Shown: in pieces, positions 51,801-64,000 of the stretch
How the letters are laid out: each line of letters starts with the position of its first letter
Numbering within the stretch: position 1 is the first letter of the stretch
DNA from: Vitrella brassicaformis CCMP3155
Lineage: Eukaryota > Protista > Chromerida
Length of the DNA stretch: 64,000 nucleotides
NCBI GenBank assembly: GCA_001179505.1
Contig: CDMY01000149.1
Span: forward strand, 1-64,000
Direction: 5' to 3'
Notes under the pieces: generated by a model
What the model saw: the letters and a program-made list of their open reading frames with translations, nothing else
What the model was told of the DNA's origin: nothing
Databases searched by the model: none
Position numbers and translations under genes: made by a program

Positions 51801-52393
51801 CCATACCTCCAGCCCCGCCTGTGTGTGCTGTGCTGTGCCGTGCCATGTTGTGCTTTGGTGGGTTGACTCACGTGTATGATTTCTCGGTTGTTAGATGAGA
51901 AAGGTATGCCCTTGCTGGCCTGAAGTTCCCTGGGCGAGAGTGTCTTGCGTGCCCCGGGCGAGCCATCCCCGACAAATGCGGTGCTAGTGGTGGTCATGTC
52001 GCCAGTCTGCAGCCCCTCGCCCCTCTTGGCAGCTACCACAGCAGCGGCGAAGGGGTCCACGCGCTTCTTGCCCGGCTTGGTCGAGAGGTCAACGAACAGC
52101 CCCCCCGGCGCCGCGGCCTCATCTCGGTAGCCTCTCACTCTGGCAGGGCTGCTTGTGCGTGGCTCGAGGTTGCCTGGCGTGGCCTTGCCCGCTGCAGGGG
52201 TGGCATCGGTCAGCTGCAGTGGGGTCTTGGGCAGCTGGAGCGTTGAAGAGTCGGGAGCGTTGGAGAACTGGACAGTGGCGTCGGTCTTGTCGAATGGCGT
52301 CGGGGGAGGCTTGTCTGCCGTCTGGTACTCCAGCTGCGACACGTCGATGGGTCCGCCGGGAGGCTTGCTGTCCACGGCCTTGGTAGTATGCAT
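48841..52393 (-). CDS. Highly divergent beta-like tubulin with N- and C-terminal extensions
   Basis: REIIH|VQVGRA|GNNISHEFW, RYVPRSILVDLD, CDCLQGVQFAHSLAGGTGSG, VEPYNAVL, LRFPGILDADLRKMCTNLVPFP and YEAEGMEVEE|MKEAREALEDL are colinear with beta-tubulin. Confidence 0.85.
51402..51701. other. Assembly gap (300 N), inside a tubulin intron
   Basis: N run. Confidence 0.99.
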
Positions 52394-52679
52394 GACCCCA
52401 GCGACCGACAAAAGAACCAACGATCACCACTGACAGTGCAGGAGCATTGCGCGATCCACGACGATGAACCGGCCGTTCCGCGACGAGGGAAGACCTGCGT
52501 TGATCATAAGACGCAGTCTCACGATGGGGGCTGCATGCACGCCCCCAGGGTAGTAGCTCGCAAACTGGAGTTTCGATGGGTGCGAGGACCTGCCATCCGA
52601 TAGCGGTGTGGTCGATTGCCATCTCACTCATTCCGAGGAGTGGGTGATACAGACAGGAGGAGGACGCGCGCTACCAGCC

Positions 52680-55600
52680 ATGATGAGGCTGCCGCAAGGG
52701 AGAAGCGACCACAAGGTGGGCGTGCCATCGCAGCCATGTGTGTCCACAGCTTACCCACCCACCCACTGGCTGGCTTTGTGTTGGTGGCTTGGCAGCACGG
52801 AGCGCACAGCTCGGCGGCGCCTCGGATACGCACCATGGAGGCACTGGTGAGGGAGAGAGTCACAGGGGAGGGATCAGAGAGGGAGCGAGGGAAGGTAGAC
52901 GCAGACAGACAGACAAACAGACGGGCAAGGTGGGCAAGGCACCAAGCGTCGCATCATCATCGCTTGTGTTGGTGTATGTGTGTCTGTCTGTCTGTCCGTC
53001 TGTGGTGTGTTGTGTCTGTGTCTGTGGTGTGATCCATCCGTCCGTTTGTCCGTCCGTCGTCAGCGTCAGAATGACGACCCGACATCTCGTACGTATGCCA
53101 AGTGGCAGTCGATGATGGACCGGGACATCAGCTTCTTCATGTCCAAACACCACTCAACTTTCATCCGACGATTCAAACGGTCAGTCAGTCAGTCAGTCAG
53201 TCACGGGATGGGTGGGTGGACGGACGGAGCAGCCACACGCACCACCCGCCACATGCTTTGCTCTCTGTGTGCGTGTGCGTACGTCGGTCGGTATGACTGC
53301 ATTCAGAGGTGTGCCACAGGCGTTTCGTTGGGAGGTGTGGAAGGCTGCGACGGACTACACGGCCAAGTACCAGAAGGACGTGTACGCCACCCTCCACAAC
53401 GAGACCAACAAATACACCTCACTCATCACCATCGACACACCAAGGTCGGTCAGTCAGCCAGGGAATGGGGCAGGGAGGGTAACACTCGATATCCATGTGT
53501 GTATGCATTTGTGTGGCTGCCGGTCGTCCTGCAGGACCTTCCCCGAGTTGAAAGAGTTCGATGCACGGTCGCAGCGAACACTATTCAGAATACTGGTGAG
53601 TGAGTGAGTGAGTGGGAAAAGAACTGACTGCTGGCTGGCCAAACGGGTCCCTCAGTCTCGCTCCCTCCTCCATGTGTCACATGGTGTGTGTACGGTCAGA
53701 ATGCGTATGCGAATCATATGCCTGAAGTGGGCTACTGCCAGGGCATGAACTTCATCGCAGGTACTTACTTGCCACACACACACACACACACTGCACCTTT
53801 GTGACCACGGTTGCTTGACGTATCCACGTTGTTTTGCTCATGCATGGTAAACCTACAGGTTTTTTGTTGATAGTGAGTGATTTTCGTGAGGAGGAGGCGT
53901 TTTGGGTGTTTGTGTGTCTGATGGACTTCTACGACCTCAACTTCTTCTTCCGAGAGAAATTCCCACTACTCAGACGATACCTCAAGGGTATGTGTGCACA
54001 CACGGCCGACCACACTCCTCACCCATTTACCGCTGTGTATGTGTTGATGTGCGTGTGTGCAGCATTTGAGAGTCTGGCTGAGCTGCACATCCCCGACATC
54101 CACCAGCACTTCCTCAATGAAGGCCTCCTGCCAGCCGTCTACCTACACCAATGGTACCCATCCATCGTCTTACGCACCCAATCGGGGTATACACACATCG
54201 TGACTGACTGACGGATGTCGCTCTGGGGGTGCGGTGCAGGTTTCTGACCTTGTTCATCAATTGCTTGCCGATGTGCACTGTGCTGGTGCTGTGGGACTAC
54301 ATCATATGCGAGGGGCTGCCCGCCATACTCAACATATCACTCGCACTTCTCAAGGTCAGTCAACCACACTACACAACCTGGTCGACTGACTGACTGACTG
54401 GTTGGCTGCAGGTGTTGCGGAATGCGCTGGTGACATTGCGGTTTGAGGAGATCGTTCGGTTCCTCAAGTCGATGCGGGCGGGGGGCGACTGCGATGAGGT
54501 CATGATCGGCAGGCTGCTCGTGCGACAAGCCGAGAAGATCGAAATCCAACAGACCCTGTACGAGGTAGGTAGATGACAGGAGGCAGGCCGTCATGGTGCA
54601 TCCATGGGTCTGTCCTCGTACTGACTGATTGGGTCATTGGTTCTCATGCAATGCATTGCAGCATTTGGTGCATTTCGACGAGGCTGAGTTGCTGCGTCAG
54701 GCCCAAGAGGAGGATGAGGAGAGCTTGGCGTCGGCCATCAGCAGCCGGCGTGAGGGCTCGACTACCACGGCCAACGTCTCGGCCACCCCCTCATCCACCA
54801 GCCCCCCGGCGTCCCTCCACCCCTCGCCCAGCGCCCCATCTATATCGATAGCCATAGCGCCCCCGCCCCCCCTGCCGCCACACATGACGAGCGAGACGGA
54901 CATCAAGGCAAGGGCCAGGGCTGGCAGCAGGCCACTCGTCGACCTCGGCAGCAGGCAAAGCATACGAGTCGAATTCACGCCTTCAGCCGGTGAGTGAGCA
55001 CACGGCATGCACTGTACGGCAGGCAGGGTTGTGTCACCGTGTGTGTTGTTCTCACCGTGTGTGCCATGCATTCAGAGGCGACTGAGTTGGATCCAGCGCT
55101 GCTTTTCATTGCAGACGAAAAGGGTGACACACGCACACCAACACCAACACGAGACGATTGATGCCCATGTTGTGCAGTGCACCAGCCAGCCCCCTGTTCT
55201 GTCTGCTATGTGGACAGATTCCAACCGCGACAGTGACGATGAAGGATCGTCCGGCCCGTCATCTTCCCGCAGGCGCCCCTCCCCCTCACGCAGCATCGCC
55301 GACAACACACACACGTCGGCCGCTCGCGCCCCCTCCATGCCCCCTCCCTCCCGGGCACGGGACGACTCCCACCATGCGCCCAGCGACGCCAGCTCAGACC
55401 CTGTCTCATTGCCCAACTCACCAGCACTCGAGGTCTTTGTCCACAAGGGGCTGGCCAAAGGGGACCACCACACACGTACGTAAGGCAGAGGCCAAGTGCG
55501 TTTCATTCAAATGAGTGAGGAGTCGGATCACAGGCCTGCCTGCCTGCCTTTCGTCTGTTGTGTGTTGTGTCAGTTGATGCTGGGTCTCCTGGTGCGGTGG

Positions 55601-56637
55601 ACCTACCCAGCGACTCGTCCGGGGCGTATGACGCCTCTGGGGTGCCTTGGGGAGGCGGGATTGAGCACTGGCTGCACTGGGGCAAGAACAGGATATCCAG
55701 CTACATGGAGGATGTGCAGCAGAGGCTGCAACCGGCACAGGCTGCTGATGGATCATCCCTGGGCGATAGTGCACCGGCTGCCCTGTCCACCCGCACTCCT
55801 GCTCCTGGCAGGCCCGGTGACGCACAGCGGCAGCAGCAGCAGCAGCAGCGGCAGTGGCATGAGCGAGAGGCGACATCTGCACCGGAGGGCGGACATGAAT
55901 TGGACGGGATGGGGCAGGTCAGCCAAGGGACAGAAAGGAAAGAAAGACGCCACGCCCACAAATGGCCGTCCGTCCGGCAAGTGGTGTGTGGATTGGATTG
56001 GCGACCTTGCAGGCGGCAGATGGCGTATCTCACCACAGGCATCAGTGGACTCATGGCGGCAGCCCGAGGTAGTCCTTTAACACATCTTGTCTGATGTCCA
56101 TGTGTGTATGAATGTGGGCTTGTGTGTGGTGCATGCAGGCACCAGTGGCGGCGCGTCAATCTGCGGGGCGCAACATCTGACGACTTCAGAAACGAAAACG
56201 TAATAGGTACACATACACATACACATACATGCAACATACACATCCGGACACCCAGCCGGCATTGTATGTGGCCCTGTTTCTCTCTTTCTGTGTGGCTGCT
56301 GGTTGGAGCAGGCGACTCGTCGGTGGTAGATGCAGACGGCAACAGCAGCAACGGGCCCCAAGAGTCGCCCTACCAATTCGTCTTCACGCCGTCGTTGGTG
56401 TTTGGGGCTGAGGGGTCCGCCACTCTCTCGAATCTCTTCAGCTCCCTTACCCAGCCTGGCGGAAGCAAACAAGACGGCAGTGATGGGCTGGTGGTGGAGA
56501 TGCAGCCAGCTGAGACGACTGACAAGCGGATCATCCTGCGCACCACCGACCAGCTGCCCTCCTTCACACCCGAGAGCGTGTCGGCATCCGGGCAGTCGAG
56601 GGCGTCCAGCATCGAGGAGCCACACATGACCAAGTGA
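52680..56637 (+). CDS. TBC-domain Rab GTPase-activating protein with long low-complexity C-terminus
   Basis: GVPQAFRWEVW, ITIDTPR|TF (Arg finger), EVGYCQGMNFIAG (Gln finger), EEEAFWVF and YLHQW|FLTLF. The start is approximate. Confidence 0.9.
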
Positions 56638-57158
56638 CAGGTGGTGAGGCTGGCTGGCTGGCTATTCTGGAGTATCCTTCCCTCTCTACCTTCACCCATC
56701 TTTGCCACTTTTTACACCCGCTGCTGTTTTTGCGTGCTGTGCGGTTTTGTGGCATGTCGGTCGGTCGGTGCGGTTCCCTCGATCGGCCACCGGCACACAG
56801 CCCTGCCTGTTGATGCATAGATGGATGGGTGGTGTTTGTACAGTCAGTCCACATTCGTGTGTGTGTGTGTGTGTGTGTGCGTCTGTGCGACCACCGTGTA
56901 AGTGTCGTGTGTGACGTCTGACGGTTCCATGTGCATACACAATACATACATCCATATAGGCGTTTGACTTGTGTCTCTCATCATCACTCGTTCGCTCGGC
57001 ATGCATCCATCCATCGTTGTCATGAAGTCACGTACGTACAAGGCTCTACACTTTACACAAGAACGACTCAAAAAGAAAACAGCCGCCGCATCCCCTCGCC
57101 CACAGTGACTGTGCGCATCCGTCGTCTGTCTGTCTGGTGTCACCCATCCATCACTCAT

Positions 57159-60100
57159 TCATTCCTCAACGTCAAAGTCCGAGGCAACATACTGCGTGGC
57201 GACCTGAAAGCTCGTGACGAACTTGCCTTCCGTGTCCATGCGGCTGTCTGCCGAGAGGTAATCCGACAGCCACTGACCAATGGCGTGTGGATGCCTGCAA
57301 CGGAAGGAAAACGCAGCAGAGAAGCAAATGGGACAGGTGCTCGTACGTGAACCTTCGTGGGAATGATCTGATCTGTAGGTACCTGAGCCTGGCCCTCGCG
57401 AGAATGAAGACAAAGAGCGGCAGCTCATCATCCATCGCCTCGACCTCGTACCGACCTCGAGAACCCTGCGAGCGACATACACCACACAAGCGACATACCG
57501 CTCCCTCTCCACGTTTGCGTGCATTGGTCGTGTCCCTCCCTCCGTCCCCGCATCCCCAGCATCCATCCATCGTCATCCATAATGACCTACCTCGAGTACG
57601 GCAGCTCTCATATCAACAAAGGTGAGGAGCAGTAGGTACAGGGCCTCTGTTGGCGCCAGCCCCGGCTCCTCCAGGCCCGACAGGTGCTGGATAGCTCGAC
57701 TGTAAATGCTCGACGCCGAACGCTGCGTCGATGTGTCGTCGCTCGTGGGCGAGGGGGAGCTTCTTGTGTCTTGCGTGGACATCAATGGAGCCTCTCCCGC
57801 ACGGCCACTCGCTGACGACGATGTCGCACCGAGGGAAGAGCCGCCGACGACACTCCACTTGTCGTCGGAGGGTACCGTGGGCGGGCCAGCTGCCGCGGGA
57901 GGAGCCGCCTCCCCTCCTGCTGTGCGTTGGGGGGACGTTGGGGCATGTTGGTCATCAATCGAGTCCAGTGTGATCAGGTTGCGGGTAGGCGTAGCTGCTC
58001 TCCTCGCAGCAGGCGACCCGATGAGCTCCATCACACCTGGCAATGACAGACAATCAGGAGCCAACCAACAGCCACACAATGCATGCAGCACGTGATGTTG
58101 CATCTGTTTGTCACGCCCTCCCTGTTTACCGACCTTTTCGCGGCGATATGGCGTCTTCAAGGTTGAGGAGGTCGAGCCCCCGGCCAGTGGTGGCGCCACC
58201 CAGCCGCTCGCTCTTGCTGCTCCCAGTTGGCGACCCACCATGCGATTTGCCCAGCACCGAAGGCTCGAGCTGCCCCGAGAGCGATTGTACGAGCAGGGGA
58301 GGGGGAGGTGAAGGGACAGCGGGGGGAGGAAGGGCAGGCGGAGATGACGGCGGCACCTGGGCCGCTGGCGCCGGCGATGTACCTTGGGGCTTCGGCTTGA
58401 ACATGTAGAACTTCTTGCGGATCTCGAGAGCTCGGCACAGACGCTCGTCAGAGATGTTCTCCAGCCGTTGACATTTGCCCCAGAACCTGATCACGCAGGC
58501 ACATGTCAGCAGACAAGGCAGACACAACAGTGCGGTCGGTCGGCAGTGCTGGCACGTGACGTGCATTTGTTTGGTGCTTACAGGTTGTCCTTCTCAGCGT
58601 ATTTCGCGTGGTAGTAAGTGCGGATAGTCACGCCAATGGTGGAGAACAGATAACGCTCGACAGCCAGCTGAGAGACGGACAGGACAGGCATCGTCCACAC
58701 GAGTGCACTTCCCGTCTCCTGCTCTCTGCCGTCTGATCCTTACCGGACATCGCGGAAGGAGGTCAGTGGTGAGGTGGGTTGTAAGGTCGTCCGATCCCGA
58801 CGCAGCCATCGATGCAAAGTTGTTGCGGATGTGCCGGACAGTCGCAGCGATGTATCCGCGGACCTTTCGCATCGGTGAGGCGTGCTCCCCGCCTCCGATG
58901 ACCATGTCAGGCCCCCCTCCATGGTGCTTCGCTTCTTCTGCCTCCAGCTCCCTGGTTTGGCGTGCCAGGTCCTCCTCCATCTCTTGCATGAACGATCGCA
59001 GCGACTGGCCTACATGTATAATTGATTTATACACAGGCAGACAGACCAATGACTTGCAGAATCCGTTGGCCCTCAGTCGGCACAAAGATGAGTTACCTAG
59101 CAAATACGTGTCGTTCGCCAACACCTTGCAGAAGTGATAGTACGCAGCGGCCTACAAAGCCACACACCACTCCGCATTAGCTGATGACCTCAGACAAATG
59201 TGTGCATTGCTTGGTCGTCTGGTCTCTGTGCGCATACGTCCAGTTTGAGGGGTCGTGAGACAGTGCTGATGGTACTGCTGATGTGGTGAAGGGCCTCCTC
59301 TGAGGGCGACCCATCGCTGCCTGCTGAGCCGTTTGTGGCTGTTGCTGCGTACGGCAGGGGGAGCTCCCTTGCGGTAAGGGGCGGCGATGGACTGCCTGGG
59401 TCTCGCCCCCGATGGTGTGATGCCGCACGGTGGTGGAATGCCGCATGGCTGTCAGCCCGAGTCTTGGCCGTGAAGCCGAAGCCAGCTGCCCCCATCTCAT
59501 CCTCGTGGTCGTCGTCGCCGCTGAGATGCAGCCTCTGATAGAAGCTGGCCACCAGGACCTTGCCGACGGGCCATGACGGCAGCGAAGACCCGCAATCTTC
59601 ACACCTCCCCTGACGCCACGCAGCAACGTTCGTGCCGTAATTGGGGGACTGGGCCGTCCGAAAGGCGGAATGGGCCTGGCCGAACTGAGACGATGAGGGA
59701 GCCGCCAAGTAGCCGGGTGATTTGGGGGTAAGGGAGGGGGTGCGGGAACGGACGGGCAGATCCTTGGGGCTCAACGAAGCCGACCGCTGACCGATGCTTG
59801 CATTGTCCTGAACAGACGACAATAGAGCAAGGGATGGATGGCCCTGACGACCCTGTCGTGTGCATCTGTGTGTTGGGACCATTACCGGCGATGTCGGCAT
59901 CGATCGGCTCGGGATGAAATGGATAGCATGGGCTGGCAGCGTGGAGCTGAACGTGATGTCCAGCAGATCGAACAGGGGCAGCAAATCAGCGTTGCGACCC
60001 TGAAGCACGCGCGCGCGCACACACACACAAAGAGAGAGAGAGAGAGAGTCTACAGGACGCCGAGACGATTGCACGTGAACGCCTGACTACGCACCCGTAT

Positions 60101-61316
60101 TGCGATGACTCTCATGTTCCTGAACCGCCGTCCACTGGTCACCTCACAGAGAACCACTGCCCCCCACTGCCCCTCTGCATTTGCAGGATGGAATGGCAGC
60201 GTCGCGTACTCATACGGTAGACGCGGCGGGGATCGCGAGAACGACTCCGGGGTCGCATGCTTGCCGTACACGTACGGCGAAAGGGCATGGGGGAGCCCTC
60301 GCCCTTGCCTGCTCAGCCGTCTTGACTGCATCGCGGCATCACCGACCGCCTCTCGCTGCACGAGCCATCGCCACGCCCACCCCCACCCTTGGAGCGCCTC
60401 GCCACCGACCAGGTGTGGTGGACTGCTGGACGAGTAGGCTCCAGACGACAATGAATCAGACGGATGGCCGTCCCTCTCTGCGTCCGGGTCCCACTCTAGT
60501 TGGGTTGGCGAGCCCCGTGGCCGAGTGACCGTATCGCAAGCCGTTGAAGCCAAAGAGCTGATGTCCGCCGCGTGTTCGATCGCGTCGTCACTCAACGGCA
60601 GCGATGTCGTCACACGGCCATCAGCTGTCATTGCGGTATCCCTGATGGACGGGCTTGGCGTCCCCAGTGCTGTGTCTTGTGTGAGCGCGCCAGGGTGGGA
60701 GTAGCCGCCACCCTTGGTCGACGCCGTACTGGAAAACCGTGACGCAGCACCTGAAAGAGGGAAAACAGAGAAGCACCCAATCTCCCTCGGCGGCGGGCAG
60801 ACGGAGAATGACAGAGACCGTGTACCTTGGATGGCTGCTACGATGGGCCTCAAGCAGTAAACCAGGCATTTGGAGGCTCCCGCGGCGAGGAGGTCTCCTC
60901 GTCTCGAATGCGTAGGCGCCCTGACGGCAACGCAGGAGTGAGGTGAAGTCCGCATCACCTGATAGTGGAGCGACTCCGCCACGGTCCTGAATGGAAACAG
61001 GCACAGACGCTGCCACATCACTGCCTGACAGGGTCTTCCCACCTTCTCACCTGAAAGTGTTGAGTATGCTTGCGACCTTCACCTTGACTGGAAAGGTGAC
61101 GCGGTACTCGAGGGCCGTCTCCTCAAAGTCCTCACAGGCAAGTCGACGTGCGGGCACTGGCCTCCTCTTCCTGCCTTCGCTGAGCGCCCAGTCTGCTTCG
61201 CCAACATCGTCATCACTGCTCCTCTCATCGCTTCCAGGAGGCGCAGTGCGTGCACTGTGAGGACGGGGCTTCGACGTCGTCTCATCAAAAGCACTGACAG
61301 GGGAGGACAGCGCCAT
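57159..61316 (-). CDS. VPS9-domain protein (Rab5-type GEF), multi-exon
   Basis: C-terminal EAMDDELPLFVFILARARL and EGKFVTSFQVATQYV resemble the VPS9 motifs xADDLLPxxxYV and GExGYxxTT. The N-terminal exons are low-complexity. Confidence 0.65.
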
Positions 61317-61805
61317 TTCGTTGCAAAGGGTTGCTTGCGACCGTCGAGACGCGAGCTTGAAAAAGACCAACCGCCTCTCTCTCGTTCTTCCTTCTTCAAC
61401 GCTCCACGTAAGCCACACGATGTGTATTGCACCGCACTGCACGGTGAATTTGCGGCGACATCACGTCAGCTGCAGACAGGCGTGGTCAGCAGGAAGTGAC
61501 GGTTGGACTGTTGCTTGGCGCACGTGTGGAAGGAGTAAAGCGCAGTGAAAGAATCTTAGAAAGCAGCGGGTGTGAGAAGATAGGAATCTGAGCAGTGAAG
61601 GCTATATGAATGAAACTTTGAAGAACAACGACAATAGTTTCTCGCTCAAATGTTTCTGTTTTCTTTGCTTGTCCTCTCCTTTAGTCGTCGACTTCTTTGG
61701 TCTGCAAAAGAAGTTGGTTTGCCCAAGAACAGGCAAGGCGAAGAATAAAAGAGCACGGTGATTGCTTCAACAATTGTGTGACGTGCAGAGGAGTAATCAC
61801 ACAAA

Positions 61806-63637
61806 ATGGCGGACGACCTCGACGTATTGCTGCCTCAGCCCGAGAATCCGTACGGCCAGTGCTATTTCGTCGAGTGCCGTGGCGGCAGCGACAAGAAGGC
61901 GGACGGCCACCGCGGCGACACGATCCCGATCGCCAACGAGCTCATCAAGCAGAACTGGGCGTGCCAGACCATCTTCTACAGTGACGCCGAGTACAAGGAG
62001 GTCGAGTCGGCCCTCTCGAAGGCCGACGCGTACATCTGCCGCGTCAATCCGGGCACCTATGAGGGCGTGACCAACTCGAAGCTCTTCGGCCTCCTCAGGG
62101 ACGTGGCGGCCAAGGGCGTTGTCGCCATGTCGCACCCGGACGTCATGCAAAAGGTATGTAGGTGAATGAATAATACTTAAGTGCTTACGGAATTAGGTAG
62201 GGGATGCGTGAGTGAATGTATGTAGTTATGTGTGGGTGTATGACTGCTGGCTGCACTCACTCACTGCAGATGGGGGCCAAGGACGCGCTGGTCAAGATCC
62301 GCGATCTGTCTTGCGGTCTTCCGGACACCTACGCTTACTACGACATCCCCTCTTTCAAGGCCCAGTTCCCCAAGTCCATCGCCGAGCATCCAAGAGTCCT
62401 CAAGGTGACTGAATGACTCACTCGTCGACTGACTGAACCACTGGCTGTCTCATCCACCCTTGACACACATCGCATCCATCGATGGCTGTCTTATGTATGC
62501 ATGTCTCTGTGTCTCTGGCTGGCTGGCTGGGTGACGTGTGTGGTGTGTGGTGTGTGGTGTGTGGTNNNNNNNNNNNNNNNNNNNNNNNNNNNNNNNNNNN
62601 NNNNNNNNNNNNNNNNNNNNNNNNNNNNNNNNNNNNNNNNNNNNNNNNNNNNNNNNNNNNNNNNNNNNNNNNNNNNNNNNNNNNNNNNNNNNNNNNNNNN
62701 NNNNNNNNNNNNNNNNNNNNNNNNNNNNNNNNNNNNNNNNNNNNNNNNNNNNNNNNNNNNNNNNNNNNNNNNNNNNNNNNNNNNNNNNNNNNNNNNNNNN
62801 NNNNNNNNNNNNNNNNNNNNNNNNNNNNNNNNNNNNNNNNNNNNNNNNNNNNNNNNNNNNNNNNNCGTGTGTGGTGTGTGGTGTGTGGTTTGTTTGCAGC
62901 AAAACCGTGGTAGCCAGGGCGAGGGCATTTGGGTGTGCAAGCTGAAGGAAGGGCACAGCGGTCCGGTGACGGGAAGGACGATGCTGGATCTGCAGGAGGC
63001 GGTGGACAACCACAAGGAGGAGCGGACAGTGGACGACTTCATGACCTTCTGTGAGCAGTACATCGTGGGTGAGGACGGGCAGCTGATCGACCAGCGGTTT
63101 TTGCCGCGGATCGTGGAGGGAGAGGTGCGGGTCAACATGATATACGACACGCCGACCGAGATTGTGCACAAGAAGCCCAAGGCCGGAGGCATCAGTGCCA
63201 CCTTGAAGAGCGGTGCTCAATACATCAGCTACAAGCCCGACGACCCCTTGTTCGCCCCCCTCATGAAGAACTTCCTCCACAATGACTTGCCGCGCATCAT
63301 GAGCGTCCTGGGCATGGAGAAGGAGCCCATCCCGCTCATCTGGACCGCCGACTTCATCCTCGGCGACAAGACCAGCGACGGACTCGACTCATACGTCGTC
63401 GGCGAGTTCAACTGCAGCTGTGTCGGCATCACACAGCAGATGCACCTCGCACCTAGCGTCGCTAAGGGAGCCATCCGAATCATCCGAGAGCAAAAGGTGA
63501 AGAGCGGTCAGTTAGCTGCACCTCCATCTGTGCCAACGGCTCGCCCTGGGAGCCCCCTCTCACCCAAACACTTCAATGGCATGGGCGATTGGTTTTGGCA
63601 GGGAGTCAAGGCGGAAACCCAGAGCATCGGCAAATAA
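61806..63637 (+). CDS. Cj0069-family-like ATP-grasp protein, 3 exons
   Basis: FVECRGGSDK...GHRGDTIPI, RVNPG, HPDVMQK|MGAKDALVK, RVLK|QNRGSQGEGIW, QRFLPRIVEGEVR, LIWTADFIL and VVGEFNCSCVG, as I recall the pattern for the bacterial Cj0069 family. Confidence 0.8.
62566..62865. other. Assembly gap (300 N) within a (TGTGG)n intron
   Basis: N run flanked by tgtgg-type repeats. Confidence 0.99.
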
Positions 63638-64000
63638 CAAATGAATGACCGCCACCCCACGCCAGGCCCCTCCCGAATGAGACACACCGACCATTCGTGG
63701 GGGACCGACACTGTCGTGTGGGTTGCAATGCACCGTCGCACTGGTCTTTGACTGACAGACTGAGGCCGTCCGTCACTTTGTATGTAGGGGGGAGGGTATG
63801 AATTGGTCGACATGCATTGATTGCGCTTGGTCTGTCGTGGCTGCACCCCGGTTGCACCATGCGAGGCGTTTTCCCGTGCATTCGCATCATTTTTGGGGGC
63901 GAGTTTTGTGGGGACGTTCACCGTTCTCTGGGCCTACTGGGCTCGACTGTGGACTGGGGAATGAAGTGGGGGGCAGGGACTGCACGACGCAACGGACGTC

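Noticed and set aside
61806-63637. Functional link between the ATP-grasp enzyme and the divergent tubulin (TTL-like modification)
   Set aside because: The genes are ~10 kb apart with unrelated genes between them, and the protein lacks TTL/TTLL-specific motifs.

Overview
Intron-rich eukaryotic DNA: GC-rich, ~100-nt GT-AG introns full of (GT)n/(GTCT)n/(GGAT)n microsatellites, and plastid-related genes. This looks like a photosynthetic alveolate of the chromerid/Vitrella type (inference only). The window has two parts. (1) 1-14.9 kb is a decaying minus-strand tandem array of DEAH/RHA helicase segments, a repeated ~120-nt exon and divergent protein-kinase-like modules. It ends exactly at a ~100-bp tract of variant telomeric repeats (CCCTAAA/CCCCAAA/CCCTAAG, 14892-14995). 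(2) 16-64 kb is gene-dense and mostly arranged as head-to-head pairs: MCM9, FIT-like protein, Tic22/Ycf80-like protein, a basic H1/HMGA-like protein, a secreted double-saposin protein with a metallothionein-like linker, a cadherin-like/Cys-rich membrane protein, P5B ATPase, PTH2, CDC14, SUMO, class II CPD photolyase, an orphan, a divergent beta-like tubulin with long N- and C-terminal extensions, a TBC Rab-GAP, a VPS9 Rab-GEF and a Cj0069-like ATP-grasp protein. There are four 300-N assembly gaps. All gene models were assembled by eye and no database search was run. Starts and ends flagged as approximate need RNA-seq.
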